Below, in pieces: positions 44,819 through 56,040 of a stretch of 64,000 nt of DNA (its first letter is position 1; each line of letters starts with the position of its first letter). Source of the DNA: Treponemataceae bacterium (GTDB lineage: Bacteria; Spirochaetota; Spirochaetia; Treponematales; Rectinemataceae); assembly GCA_963678065.2 (NCBI GenBank), contig CAXXVZ010000005.1, positions 864,001 to 928,000 on the forward strand, in the 5' to 3' direction. Made by a program: the position numbers and the translations under genes. Under the pieces are notes generated by a model. It did not search any database, had not been told where the DNA came from, and saw nothing but the letters and a program-made list of their open reading frames with translations.

Positions 44819-45616
44819 TTAGGTGCTGTTTTTCGGGCTAACCTGGATCCTATCCCGTATCGTTTCTATTTTCTCTTTTGCCTTTTTTAGAAACGTTTTA
44901 TTCTCTTCTCCATTTTTAGTTACTACTTCTAATGTATAGATTCCCGTATATGTTTTCGGAAATTTCTGTATCATCATATCCCACTCAATAATTCCTTCAT
45001 CAGGCAACCAATGCGAATCATTAATTCCATCATTATCTGATAAATGCACACATAACAATTTATCTTTATACGTTTCTACTATTTCATAAGGAGTACGTGC
45101 ATATAATTTGTCATGAGAACTATCATAACAGAAACCTAAATACTCTGAATGTATGGTTTCATATATTTTATCAAGAAGAATAGGAACTCTGGTATTTTCA
45201 AGCGCAATTTTTACATTTTTATCTTCAGCTAACTTTACCAGATCGTGTAGTATACTGATTCCAGAATCGTTTATTTCCTGTATCTGATACCCTTTCGATA
45301 TATGCATCACCAGTATTGGAATGGCATGTTTTGAACAAAACTCTATATACGTTCTATATTCATTTTTTATACTATTTGCCTTAACAGTATCCAATGACCA
45401 TATATCATTACATGCATCAAATGGAATATGAGCATTTTCAAGAAAGAGCCCAGAATCCCGGACTATATACGGCATATCATCCATTTTGTTATGTTTCACC
45501 AAGGAATCTTCTTCCCCAATCCAAATGGATGTTGCATCAAAACCTGTTTCTTTTATGGAACTGATTCTCTCTATAAACGGCTTATCTATTCCATACCAAG
45601 AAAATATTCCAATCAT
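44819..45616 (-). CDS. Sugar phosphate isomerase/epimerase, copy 2
   Basis: One visible amino acid change (M>I) relative to 27179-27976. Confidence 0.85.
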   Translation of the reverse strand: MIGIFSWYGIDKPFIERISSIKETGFDATSIWIGEEDSLVKHNKMDDMPYIVRDSGLFLENAHIPFDACNDIWSLDTVKANSIKNEYRTYIEFCSKHAIPILVMHISKGYQIQEINDSGISILHDLVKLAEDKNVKIALENTRVPILLDKIYETIHSEYLGFCYDSSHDKLYARTPYEIVETYKDKLLCVHLSDNDGINDSHWLPDEGIIEWDMMIQKFPKTYTGIYTLEVVTKNGEENKTFLKKAKEKIETIRDRIQVSPKNST

Positions 45617-45808
45617 TTTATTGTTACCCCTAGAGGCAGCCCGAAAAATTGCACCTAACGTTTTGTGCCTCTGACGTGTGCGTCCGCACAGGCGGGCGCA
45701 CATGTGCCTGAGTGGAGTGAGCGAATGCGAGCGTAACGAAGGCCGAAGAGCCCTGAAAGGGCGATGAGCAGGGGCACGGTGTTAGGCGAAGTAATGTGGA
45801 AATCTCAA

Positions 45809-47047
45809 TTATTTGCCCCTCCACTTAAATGCCCTTCTATATCCCTCCATCTCAGCATCTGAAATATTATATTTGTAGATTATTTTATCACTATTTTTCA
45901 TAATGATATTATCATATTGTTGATCCATCGGGAGGTGATAAATAAAAGTCTTATTACCATAATCATCTCGTCCAATATGACACTTTATCATTGGGTAATC
46001 GGGAATATCTATATTCTCTTCGAATCTTACATTTAATGCATTTGCAAATGCCTTTGCGACACTAGATAATTCAGTATGAGTAATAAAATAACCTTTTATT
46101 GTTCTTTTTTCTTCAGGATGCTCAAGTTTATATAAAATAGTAGTTCCATACAATTGAGCTATATGTTTTTCATGAATCATTTTAGCTTTTGCCCAATACT
46201 TGCATTGAATTATTAATATTTCTTTTTCATTATGCGCAATTAAATCACGCCCTAAATCTTCAAGTTTTTTGTGTATTCCATAATATTCTACCAAATATTT
46301 ATTATTTTCAAACCTATATCCAATGTATCTTTCAAAATCTCTTCCAATTTCCCATCTCTTTTTTTTACGATTTTTGTATATTTCTAGAGCAAGAATACTT
46401 TTATCAACATTCGTAAGTTCTTTAAAATCTATACTATTATTTATTAATATTGTGTTTACTGTATCAATTTCATCATCAACAACTATATCTCGTTTTTCAC
46501 ATATATCATCAATATTATCTAGATCTGGAAACATGCTTCGAATATATTCTAATTCATATTCCAGTTCTTTATTTTTTTGGATTAATTCCTTTTTTTCAAT
46601 GCGAAGTTCTCTGACTTCTTTTGCCTTTTCAATTGCTGGTCTCTGTTTATTTTCCAAATATTCAGCTAAATACTCATCCTCTATAGTTTTCATATCAGAT
46701 ATTATGCCTGAAACCCACTTAAATGTTTTTGCTTTATCTTGAAAGACAGTATCCATATCAGAAGCAATTTTTTTCCGTACATTTATTCTTTCTTCTTTCA
46801 TTTTTGCAATATCCGCTACAAGTAACTGATATTGTTCTGATGCCTTTTTAATATTGTTTTCATACAAAGAGTCTTTGTTTTTTAACAATATTTCTACAGA
46901 TTTTACTTTTTCGTTTAATTCTCTAATGATTTTTTCATTCTCGCTCTTGATATTTTCTATTCTTTTTTCTGAATCTGAATTTGTCCTAACAATAAGGTAG
47001 AGCAAATATATAATTATAATAGCGCCTATAATATCATATATTTGCAT
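45809..47047 (-). CDS. Membrane-anchored coiled-coil protein with a Mrr-like restriction endonuclease domain
   Basis: N-terminal TM helix and coiled coil, then GRDFERY...DLGRDLI...IIQCKYW. Confidence 0.8.
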   Translation of the reverse strand: MQIYDIIGAIIIIYLLYLIVRTNSDSEKRIENIKSENEKIIRELNEKVKSVEILLKNKDSLYENNIKKASEQYQLLVADIAKMKEERINVRKKIASDMDTVFQDKAKTFKWVSGIISDMKTIEDEYLAEYLENKQRPAIEKAKEVRELRIEKKELIQKNKELEYELEYIRSMFPDLDNIDDICEKRDIVVDDEIDTVNTILINNSIDFKELTNVDKSILALEIYKNRKKKRWEIGRDFERYIGYRFENNKYLVEYYGIHKKLEDLGRDLIAHNEKEILIIQCKYWAKAKMIHEKHIAQLYGTTILYKLEHPEEKRTIKGYFITHTELSSVAKAFANALNVRFEENIDIPDYPMIKCHIGRDDYGNKTFIYHLPMDQQYDNIIMKNSDKIIYKYNISDAEMEGYRRAFKWRGK

Positions 47048-47279
47048 TAAATATCCTTTCCACATTATTTCGCCTAACGTTCGCCTGCCTACGACGTTGT
47101 GGCGAGCATCGGCGAGCCACAATGTGCCTGAGCGGAATGAGCGCATGCGAGTGCAGCGATGGCCGAAGAAGGAGCCGACAGGCGACTGATGAGCGTGGGC
47201 AGTGCTGTTAGCTGATGGTTTGCCCCCCATCTATATCTTTTCTTTTCCCTCTTCACCTTATTCATTGTTCTTCACTATC

Positions 47280-47789
47280 TTATATCTTTACCCAATAGTA
47301 ACAATGTTCATGTTCTATCTTTTCCAATACCCCATTATTCCATTCTATTACTTTCCGTGATCCACTGTTCTTTTCATCACAGGTTATCAATACATCATTT
47401 ATATTGAGTTTCTTTATTTCGCTCAATGTCAATTCCAATAACTTCTTCCCATATCCCTTATTCCGTTGTTCTTTCCGAATCCCATATCCTATATGCCCAC
47501 CATGGGCACGCAATTTATCGGTTAAGTAATGCCTCATTTTTGAATACCCTAGCACTTCTTCATCATCCATAAGCCAATATATTGTTTGTGGCACATATCC
47601 TTTTTCAAGCTCAGGAGCTTCATACTGCGCAATAAGTTTTTCGATATATCCTGGATATTCTTCCCATGAGATCCCATATCCACCATTCATGAATCCATTT
47701 TCTTCTTGATCAATCGATTGTAGCATCTGATAAATGTTTCTATTCGTTGTATCACGTTCAGAAACCTTCTGAAGATAAATCCTACCCAT
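47280..47789 (-). CDS. GNAT N-acetyltransferase, copy 3 of 4
   Basis: Protein identical to 23098-23607. Confidence 0.9.
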   Translation of the reverse strand: MGRIYLQKVSERDTTNRNIYQMLQSIDQEENGFMNGGYGISWEEYPGYIEKLIAQYEAPELEKGYVPQTIYWLMDDEEVLGYSKMRHYLTDKLRAHGGHIGYGIRKEQRNKGYGKKLLELTLSEIKKLNINDVLITCDEKNSGSRKVIEWNNGVLEKIEHEHCYYWVKI

Positions 47790-47940
47790 AATAATTCCTT
47801 AAAAGAACAATACTGCATCACACAATCAAATAGTGCAAACCATATGTAAATTCACTATCCAAAGTCTCAAGCCGATACTACAGTTCATGCACTTTGAAAA
47901 CAGTGGTATCGGCCTATCTGATCTCGGGGGGCAAACTTTC

Positions 47941-48198
47941 AGCTAACGTTCTGCCTGTTTGCGACGATGGCGCGAGCATCGGCGAGCGCCATTGTGCCTG
48001 AGCGGAATGAGCGACAGCGAGTGCAGCGATGGCCGAAGAGGGAGCTTGCGACCGATGAGCGTGAACAGCGCTGTTAGTTGCAGTCGTGACCTTCGAGCGC
48101 GCTTGGATGGGGAGACTTGTCTCCCCATCCAATGCTATATCTTGCGCGCGTTCTTCTCTTCCTCTTCTCTTACCCTTATTTTTTTCTTTCACGATTGC
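47941..48198 (-). repeat. SNC, 1 copy
   Basis: Same unit. Confidence 0.9.
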
Positions 48199-48425
48199 AA
48201 CTAACGTTTGCCTGCCTACGACGTTGTGGCGAGCATCGGCGAGCCACAATGTGCCTGAATGGAACGAGCGCATGCGAGTGTAATGAAGGCCGAAGAAGGA
48301 GCCAAAGGCGACTGATGAGCGTGGGCAGTGCTGTTAGGCGACGTTGTTCTGGGCGCTCTCCCTACCCTTTCGTTTATGTCGTCCTCGTCATACTGGCGAG
48401 GATGTTCAGTATTTATACAGTTCCT

Positions 48426-48998
48426 TTAGTTTACTCGATATTCCTTACCCGAACTCCATCCCTGTCCTAGTTCCTTTCCAACTTCACAATACCTGTTTTC
48501 TAAACCTAAAAAACACAGCGGTTTCATTTTTCTACTATCGATCCCTTTATCATCAGATACATACTCCTCATTAATATATACTTGAACAACTTCTCCAAAA
48601 TAAACCCTATCCATAGCAAATTCCACTACTTTATCTATGAACCTACATTCACATGTAATCGGAAATTCCTGAATCATTGGAGCCGTTCCTAATTCCCCAT
48701 AAAACGAAGTAAACATTTTTGATTTACTGGTTTTTCTTTCACTCACAAGACCACAAAAATCTGTTTCTACGACATACTCCGCTGATGGAAAATTGATACT
48801 GAATGTTTTGTTTTCAATAATTCCCTCAGAAGTATAGTGATTTCTATTTATACTTATATAGACAATAGCTGGATTACTATTCACTCCATTCGTAAATCCT
48901 ATCGTTGCATAATTAGGCTCATTTTTGATGTTTGTACCAACGAGTGCTATAGGAACAATTGGAAAAGGAATAAACGCTCCAGTCTTAATCTTATTCAT
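48426..48998 (-). CDS. Flavin reductase family protein
   Basis: PIALVGT, FSINFPS, DFCGLVS, APMIQEFPITCEC. Confidence 0.88.
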   Translation of the reverse strand: MNKIKTGAFIPFPIVPIALVGTNIKNEPNYATIGFTNGVNSNPAIVYISINRNHYTSEGIIENKTFSINFPSAEYVVETDFCGLVSERKTSKSKMFTSFYGELGTAPMIQEFPITCECRFIDKVVEFAMDRVYFGEVVQVYINEEYVSDDKGIDSRKMKPLCFLGLENRYCEVGKELGQGWSSGKEYRVN

Positions 48999-49339
48999 TG
49001 AAGTACTCTCCTTGCAGTGTTTGCGGATCATGAACGCTAATGAGATACTTCATTATACTAAAATATTTGTCAAACCTTTTTTAAATTCATTCTATTTCAT
49101 TATCCTCAATAGATTAGAATGATTCGTATACAACTCGAATTGTGGTATGCAGCCCGCTAGGACGGCTGGCTGTTGCACAGACTGCGCCCAGAATAATGTC
49201 GCCTAACGTTTTGTGCCTACGACGTTTTGGTGAGCATCGGCGAACCAAAATGTGCCTGAATGGAATGAGCGAATGCGAGTGGAATGAAGGCCGAAGAGCC
49301 ATGAAATGGCGATGAGCGTGGGCACGGTGTTAGGCGAAG

Positions 49340-50038
49340 TCACAAAGGACTCTTCATTTTATCTAGTATTATTTTTAACCCCGATTCCTTTTTAAATATA
49401 TTATAATATCGAGGGTGAGCTGACCTAACAATTTTTTCCGGTGCATTATTACTAAATGCTTCATCGAAAATATTCTGTGCTTTTTTTCCCCATAAAAACC
49501 ATGTGGCGTCATTATTGCAACAGTTTATATATTTTAATATATTTTTTGTAAATTTATTCCATTGCTTAAGATGAGATCCTGCCTTTCCTTGTTCACAGGT
49601 TAGTGCAGTATTTAAAAGCAAAACACCATTTTGTAATAATTTTACGAATACTAATTTAGGCTTACAAGCTGATTGTAATTTAGTAATTAAATCTTTTTTT
49701 TGAAGATCGGTTTGGTATTTGTAATAAAAGGCTGCTTTGACTATTCTTCCAAAAGAATCGTTTTTCAACATGTTCCAATTATTAAAACCACTAATCTCAA
49801 AAGCTTGTCCCGAGGCTTTACCTTTTTGAAAATAAGGGTCCTGCCCCAAAATTATGTATTTTACATTACATAAATCATATTTAAATACTTTAAATATATC
49901 TTTACTATTTGGACATATATTATTACGTTGATCATAAATACATTTCTCAATCTCTTCAAGAATTGATTTATTAATAATAAAGAAAGATCCCCATGAATCA
50001 TGAATATAATGATTGAGGTCTAAGAATCTCAATTTCAT
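49340..50038 (-). CDS. Uracil-DNA glycosylase family 1-like protein
   Basis: IILGQDPY, GVLLLNTALT, FLWGKKAQ, SAHP. Confidence 0.85.
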   Translation of the reverse strand: MKLRFLDLNHYIHDSWGSFFIINKSILEEIEKCIYDQRNNICPNSKDIFKVFKYDLCNVKYIILGQDPYFQKGKASGQAFEISGFNNWNMLKNDSFGRIVKAAFYYKYQTDLQKKDLITKLQSACKPKLVFVKLLQNGVLLLNTALTCEQGKAGSHLKQWNKFTKNILKYINCCNNDATWFLWGKKAQNIFDEAFSNNAPEKIVRSAHPRYYNIFKKESGLKIILDKMKSPL

Positions 50039-50192
50039 GTTTTTGTCCTTTGTGATTTCGCCTAACGTTTCCGGCCTGCGACGTTTTGGCCCGCACAGGC
50101 GGGACAAAATGTGCCTGAATGGAACGAGCGAATGCGAGTGCAATGAAGGCCGAAGAAGGAGCCAAAGGCGACTGATGAGCGTGGGCCGCGGT

Positions 50193-50776
50193 GTTAGTTG
50201 CTGTGTTTGGGGGGCTCTTTTTCTTCCATTTTTTAAAACGTTTTCTCTTCTCTTACCCTGAGATCTTCATTCTCATAACTCTATAACCGATACTTTCAGA
50301 GCATTTATTTTATAGAGTTCTGAATCTTCAACTGTATAAATTGATTTTCCCTCTTTTTCTTTAAAATTCTCAAAACCTTTTTTTTAAATCTTCTACCATA
50401 TTCCATAAATATTTTACCTGAAAACAAATATGCCTGATTCCTGTTTCAGAATCTTCATTTTTAAAGATTCCATTTTTTTAATTTTTGAGTTTGTAACTCG
50501 ATTATACAATCATTGAGTTTTAGCCAGGTATTATTCTCTTTTCCATGAAATCCTGTAGTCTCATGAAGAATCTCAAATCCCAACATTCTGCATTACTATG
50601 ATATACTTTCATTATATCTATCAGTTTCTATGCAGACAAATAAAATGACTCAATCATTGAAGTTTCTCGAAAAATATCTTTTCTCTTGATCCCATATTCC
50701 CATGAGATATTTATAGCAAACAAAAATGATCTCACTCAGGATGCAAAATTTCCGCCCCCCAAATATTGCAACTAAC
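50193..50776 (-). other. Long gene-less cassette, family L1 copy 2
   Basis: Near-identical to 10302-10885, including its attC. Confidence 0.75.
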
Positions 50777-50905
50777 GTTCGCCTGCCTGCGACGTTGTGG
50801 CGAGCATCGGCGAGCCACAATGTGCCTGAATGGAACGAGCGCATGCGAGTGCAATGAAGGGGCCGAAGAAGGAGCCAAAGGCGACTGATGAGCGTGGGCA
50901 GCGCT

Positions 50906-51540
50906 GTTATGTGCTGTGTTTTTGGGGCACACCTAGTTTCTTCTCTTCATTTCTATAATTCTTATTCCTTTGCTCTTTACTCTTAACCCTTTGTCTTTGC
51001 TTTTCAATACTTTATTCTAATACATAAGTATTTTATTTCTCTATACCATATTTATTTATATACTTTGACCTTGCCTCTTTTATTGTATTCTATTACCTAT
51101 ATATTTTATCCCTAACTTTATATTTATGGTTCGACTATTATAGTTCAGTACATGTTTTTTTGATGTTTCCAATTCAATAATCTACCATTTATACTCATAA
51201 ACCATATAGTACATAATGCCACTACTCAATATTCTTCTCTACTTCAAAAATCACTTTTTTTGGATCCACCTATTTCATGGCACATATCTCATGAGAAAAA
51301 TAGCAACACCTTAGAAAAGCGTTTTAAACTCCATGATTATCCCATATTCAAGAATAGTATTTTTATTTATACCATTTTTTGTACTGCACATACCAACAAC
51401 ACTGAATATAGCACTGATCCACAATTACTACAGGATTGTTTATTAACCCAATATCAGAAGATCCTATTTTTGAATACTCTGACGTCATTCAGGATCATAC
51501 AGTTTCGCACGAGATCCGCCCCAAAAACATTGCACATAAC
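50906..51540 (-). other. Long gene-less cassette, family L3 copy 2
   Basis: Homolog of 22266-22896. Confidence 0.75.
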
Positions 51541-51743
51541 GTTCGCCTGCCTACGACGTTGTGGCGAGCATCGGCGAGCCACAATGTGCCTGAGCGGAAT
51601 GAGCGATAGCGAGTGCAGCGATGGCCGAAGAAGGAGCCGATAGGCGACTGATGAGCGTGGGCAGTGCTGTTAGCTGATGGCTTGCCCCCCATCCATGTCT
51701 TTTCTCTCTTCACCTTATTCATTGTTTTTCAATATCTTATACC

Positions 51744-52253
51744 TTATATCTTTATCCAATAATAACAATGTTCATGTTCTATCTTTTCCAATATCCCATT
51801 ATTCCATTCTATTACTTTTCTTGATCCTCTGTTGGTTTCATCACAGGTTATCAATACATCATTCACATCACGTTTCTTTATTTCGTTCAATGTCAGTTCC
51901 AATAACTTCTTCCCATACCCCTTATTTCGTTGTTCTTTCCGAATCCCATATCCTATATGCCCACCATGAGCACGCAATTTATCGGTTAAGTAATGCCTCA
52001 TTTTTGAGTACCCGAGTACTTCTTCATCATCCATAAGCCAATATATTGTTTGTGGCACATATCCTTTTTCAAGCTCAGGAGCTTCATACTGCGCAATAAG
52101 TTTTTCGATATATCCCGGATACTCTTCCCATGAGATCCCATATCCACCATTCATAAATCCATTTTCTTCTTGATCAATCGATTGTAGCATCTGATAAATG
52201 TTTCTATTCGTTTTATCACGTTCAGAAACCTTCTGAAGATAAATCCTACCCAT
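51744..52253 (-). CDS. GNAT N-acetyltransferase, copy 4 (diverged C-terminus)
   Basis: 169 aa; substitutions are concentrated in the last third. Confidence 0.9.
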   Translation of the reverse strand: MGRIYLQKVSERDKTNRNIYQMLQSIDQEENGFMNGGYGISWEEYPGYIEKLIAQYEAPELEKGYVPQTIYWLMDDEEVLGYSKMRHYLTDKLRAHGGHIGYGIRKEQRNKGYGKKLLELTLNEIKKRDVNDVLITCDETNRGSRKVIEWNNGILEKIEHEHCYYWIKI

Positions 52254-52537
52254 AATAATTCCTTAAAAGAACAATACTGCATCACACAATCAAATAGTGC
52301 AAACCATATGTAAATTCACTATCCAAAGTCTCAAGCCGATACTACAGTTCATGCACTTTGAAAACAGTGGTATCGGCCTATCTGATCTCGGGGGGCAAAC
52401 TTTCAGCTAACGTTCGCCTGCCTACGACGTTGTGGCGAGCATCGGCGAGCCACAATGTGCCTGAGCGGAATGAGCGATAGCGAGTGCAGCGATGGCCGAA
52501 GAAGGAGCCGCAGGCGACTGATGAGCGTGGGCAGTGC

Positions 52538-53167
52538 TGTTATGTGCTGTGTTTTTGGGGCACACCCTGTGTCTTCTCTTCATTTCTATAATTCTTATTC
52601 CTTTACTCTTTACTCTTAACCCTTTATCTTTGCTTTTCAATACTTTATTCAGATACATAGGTACTTTATTTCTTTATACCATATTTATTTACTTTGACAG
52701 TGCCTCTTTTATTATATCCTATTACCTACATATTTTATCCCTAAATTTATATTTATGCTTTCGACTATTATAGTTCAGTACATGTTTTTTCGATGTTTCC
52801 AATTCAAAAACCTATCATTTTTACTTATAAACTATATAGTACATAATACCACTCAATATTTTTCTCTACTTCAAAATCACTTTTTTTTGGATTCACCTAT
52901 TTCATGGCACATATCTCATGAGAAAAATAGCAGCATCTTCGAAAGGCATTTTGAAATCCATGATAATCCCATACCCAGAAATCCTATTTTTTACCTATGA
53001 TATTTTTGTACTGCATATACTAACAACACTGAGTATAGCACTGATCCATAATTATTACAGGATTGTTTATTAACCCAATATCAGAAGATTCTATTTTAAA
53101 TACTCTGACGTCATTCAGAATCATACAGTTTCGCACGAGATCCGCCCCAAAAACATTGCACATAACG
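52538..53167 (-). other. Long gene-less cassette, family L3 copy 3
   Basis: Homolog of 22266-22896. Confidence 0.75.
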
Positions 53168-53462
53168 TTTGTGCCTCTGACGTGTGCGACCGCACAGGCG
53201 GGCGCACATGTGCCTGAGCGGAATGAGCGCAAGCGAGTGCAGCGATGGCCGAGGAGCCATGAAATGGCGACGAGCAGGGGCACGGTGTTATGTGCTGTAC
53301 CGCGCGATCTTTCTTCATTCTTATACTTTTTACTACCCTTATTACCATTTTTTGTTCTTCAGTTTCGATATTCTATATTTACCTTTTCTACATCAGTACT
53401 TCAAAATATTTTCGCATACACTTTTTATAATATTACTTTCTAATTCATTCTTTCATCAATTT

Positions 53463-53951
53463 TCATATCGTACATTCTGCTTTTACTATTTCATTTCCAT
53501 TACTATATGTAAGTACTTCCCTATCTTCAAATCCATGACTCAAATACATACTTCGTAAATACTTTCTTTGCTTTTCATAATCCAATCTCACATACTGTTT
53601 CCCATTTTCTCTTCCATAGCTCTTGATCCATTCAAGCATTTTGTCTGAATATCCTTTCCCTCCACATCCAGTTCGTACTACGAATTTATGAATGTAATAT
53701 GCTTTTTCATCCATTTCATCAGGCCAATATCGCCTATCGTGTTCTATCAATAAGAAACCACCAACTTTTTCTTCATCTTCATATGCTAAATAGCATTTTG
53801 GATTTTCATACTTTTCAATAATCGATGCTTTATTCAATTGATCGAGTTTCCACATTTCTTTGTTATGCTCTTTTAGCCATAGATGCCGTTCAATCCATAG
53901 GTTTATCAATTCATCCATATGCTCATACTCGATAATTTTAATATTGAACAT
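53463..53951 (-). CDS. GNAT N-acetyltransferase
   Basis: YIHKFVVR...GKGYS, YVRLD. Confidence 0.88.
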   Translation of the reverse strand: MFNIKIIEYEHMDELINLWIERHLWLKEHNKEMWKLDQLNKASIIEKYENPKCYLAYEDEEKVGGFLLIEHDRRYWPDEMDEKAYYIHKFVVRTGCGGKGYSDKMLEWIKSYGRENGKQYVRLDYEKQRKYLRSMYLSHGFEDREVLTYSNGNEIVKAECTI

Positions 53952-54767
53952 CTATTTCCACCTCAGTTTTCCATGAACCCCATCATATCAAAAGACAGCA
54001 CAGATTTCTCTTTCTTTTTCTTCGCGCGGTATTGCACATAACGTTTTGTGCCTCTGACGTTTTGGCCCGCATCGGCGGGCCGAAATGTGCCTGAGTGAAG
54101 TGAGCGCATGCGAGCGTAACGAAGGCCGAAGAGCCCTGAAAGGGCGATGAGCAGGGGCACGGTGTTAGGCGCAGTTATAATTCTAAACTTATTTCTTCTA
54201 TTATCGTTCTCACTGAGTGACGTGCGATAAACTCATTACAATTAAATAGATCACACTATTTACTAATTCCAATTTTTTTTAGTATAAACCCATTATCATC
54301 TGATTTACTAATTTTATCTTCTCTGCCGGCTATTATCGTTTTTAAAAAGCTAATTACATCATCATCAATAACTCCATAAACCTGATTGTTATTTGAAACA
54401 TTGTTTATTATCTGATTTGCTTGAGCATCTGTAAAATATTGAAAAGATTTAAGATTTCTTATTATTGTATGAGTTTGTGAAAAACTACCGCTTTGTAAAA
54501 GCAACTCAATTGCAGTTTCTTTGCTTTTTTCTGTAATTAGATTTATATCTTTTACATGTTCATTTAAAAATTGAACTAAGCTAGTATAATATAATAAATT
54601 TGAATTCTTGTTAGTGTTCCATTCTTTAACTAAGAAAATATTCATTGTATTTTGATTAGCTGGAGATTGATAATCCCGATCTGCACTTACAAAGAATAAA
54701 TCTTCATTATTAGGAACATTTTCCAATAGACTAATCCAATTAATGGCATCACCATATGAATTATTCT

Positions 54768-56040
54768 GGCTCTTCGCTGTTTCATGTGGGTAACTGCCCC
54801 AGTTTACCGGCGACAATGTAGGTCATGATCTTGAGATTTTTGATAGTTCGGAATCCTCTGGCTCTGGTCTTTGCTGACTGAATCAGACTATTCAACGATT
54901 CAAGAAGCCCATTTGTCACTCCGGATGTAAGCCACCGAACGACTCCATTCCAGTGTCGTTTCAGCATCGCAGCAAAATTGATGATTGGGGTAAGCTGTGA
55001 TCGTGTTGCCCATACTCTCCATTTTTCAAGTTCTTCTATGGCTCGAGAGGCCGAGAATTCGAAAAGTCCCTTGAAAATGTTCATCATTCGCCATGCTCGC
55101 CCTGTTTTTAACTGTAATCCTGACAAGGTGTTGAGACGGGCCAAATTCTTAACCGACAGATTGTAGGGGTTGCTCAACCAGACATATTTCGAACCTCTGA
55201 GTACCGTTTCCATCGTTGATTCTTCTTTCCGCACGTCGTTGACTGCTTCACCCAGAAGCTTCATGACATGAAACCGATCAAACGTGAGAGCAGCCTGTGG
55301 AAGATGCTCTTCGATCCCGGACATGAACGCCGGCGACATATCGGTACAGACGTCCGTGATAGCAGTTTTCGAGCCTCCATGGGCTTCCAGATGCTCTGTA
55401 AAGGCTTTTATAGTGGATGCATCCTTGCCTTCGGTCACATATATGGCTTTCCCTGTATCGAGATCGGCCACAACGGTGATGTATGAGTGTCCGCGTTTGG
55501 CTGCTGTTTCGTCGATTCCGATTCGTGTGGTTTTCGATAAATCTTGTGTAGCCACGTCTTCGGAAACATAATGGTCCATAATTCGCCACACTCGCGTATC
55601 GGTGGTAGCTGTCAGTCTGGAAACTGCCTTGACGCTCATTTCCTTGACCATGATCATCATGAGGGCTTCATACAGCAGCGTAAATCCCGATCCTTTACGA
55701 GCCCACGGGATATCAATCAGATGAACGCCATGCTCAGGACAGTCTATCCGCGGAACCCGTGCATGCAGATAGGCTTCATGCTGGAAAAAATTGAGGTGAC
55801 GCCATGTTTTGGGCATCGTATCGTAGGCTGTACCCTTGTAATCGCAGGAAAAACACGGAAAACGACTCCCGGGCTTGAACCCAAGCTGTATATCAAGCCG
55901 ATGTTCTGTTGGTTTGAACTCTATGTTCTCAACAATCCAGGGTTCAGATAATCCAAGCGCAAGGGCGAATAGTTCTACGTCTTTCATCCTGCTCATCCTA
56001 CCATGCTTCCTTGGTTACCCACACGATTCGTCGAAGAGCC
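54768..56040 (-). mobile_element. ISL3-family insertion sequence, copy 2
   Basis: 1273 bp; 8 bp TSD ATTATTCT. Confidence 0.95.
54782..55996 (-). CDS. ISL3-family transposase
   Basis: Protein identical to 31780-32994. Confidence 0.95.
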   Translation of the reverse strand: MSRMKDVELFALALGLSEPWIVENIEFKPTEHRLDIQLGFKPGSRFPCFSCDYKGTAYDTMPKTWRHLNFFQHEAYLHARVPRIDCPEHGVHLIDIPWARKGSGFTLLYEALMMIMVKEMSVKAVSRLTATTDTRVWRIMDHYVSEDVATQDLSKTTRIGIDETAAKRGHSYITVVADLDTGKAIYVTEGKDASTIKAFTEHLEAHGGSKTAITDVCTDMSPAFMSGIEEHLPQAALTFDRFHVMKLLGEAVNDVRKEESTMETVLRGSKYVWLSNPYNLSVKNLARLNTLSGLQLKTGRAWRMMNIFKGLFEFSASRAIEELEKWRVWATRSQLTPIINFAAMLKRHWNGVVRWLTSGVTNGLLESLNSLIQSAKTRARGFRTIKNLKIMTYIVAGKLGQLPT

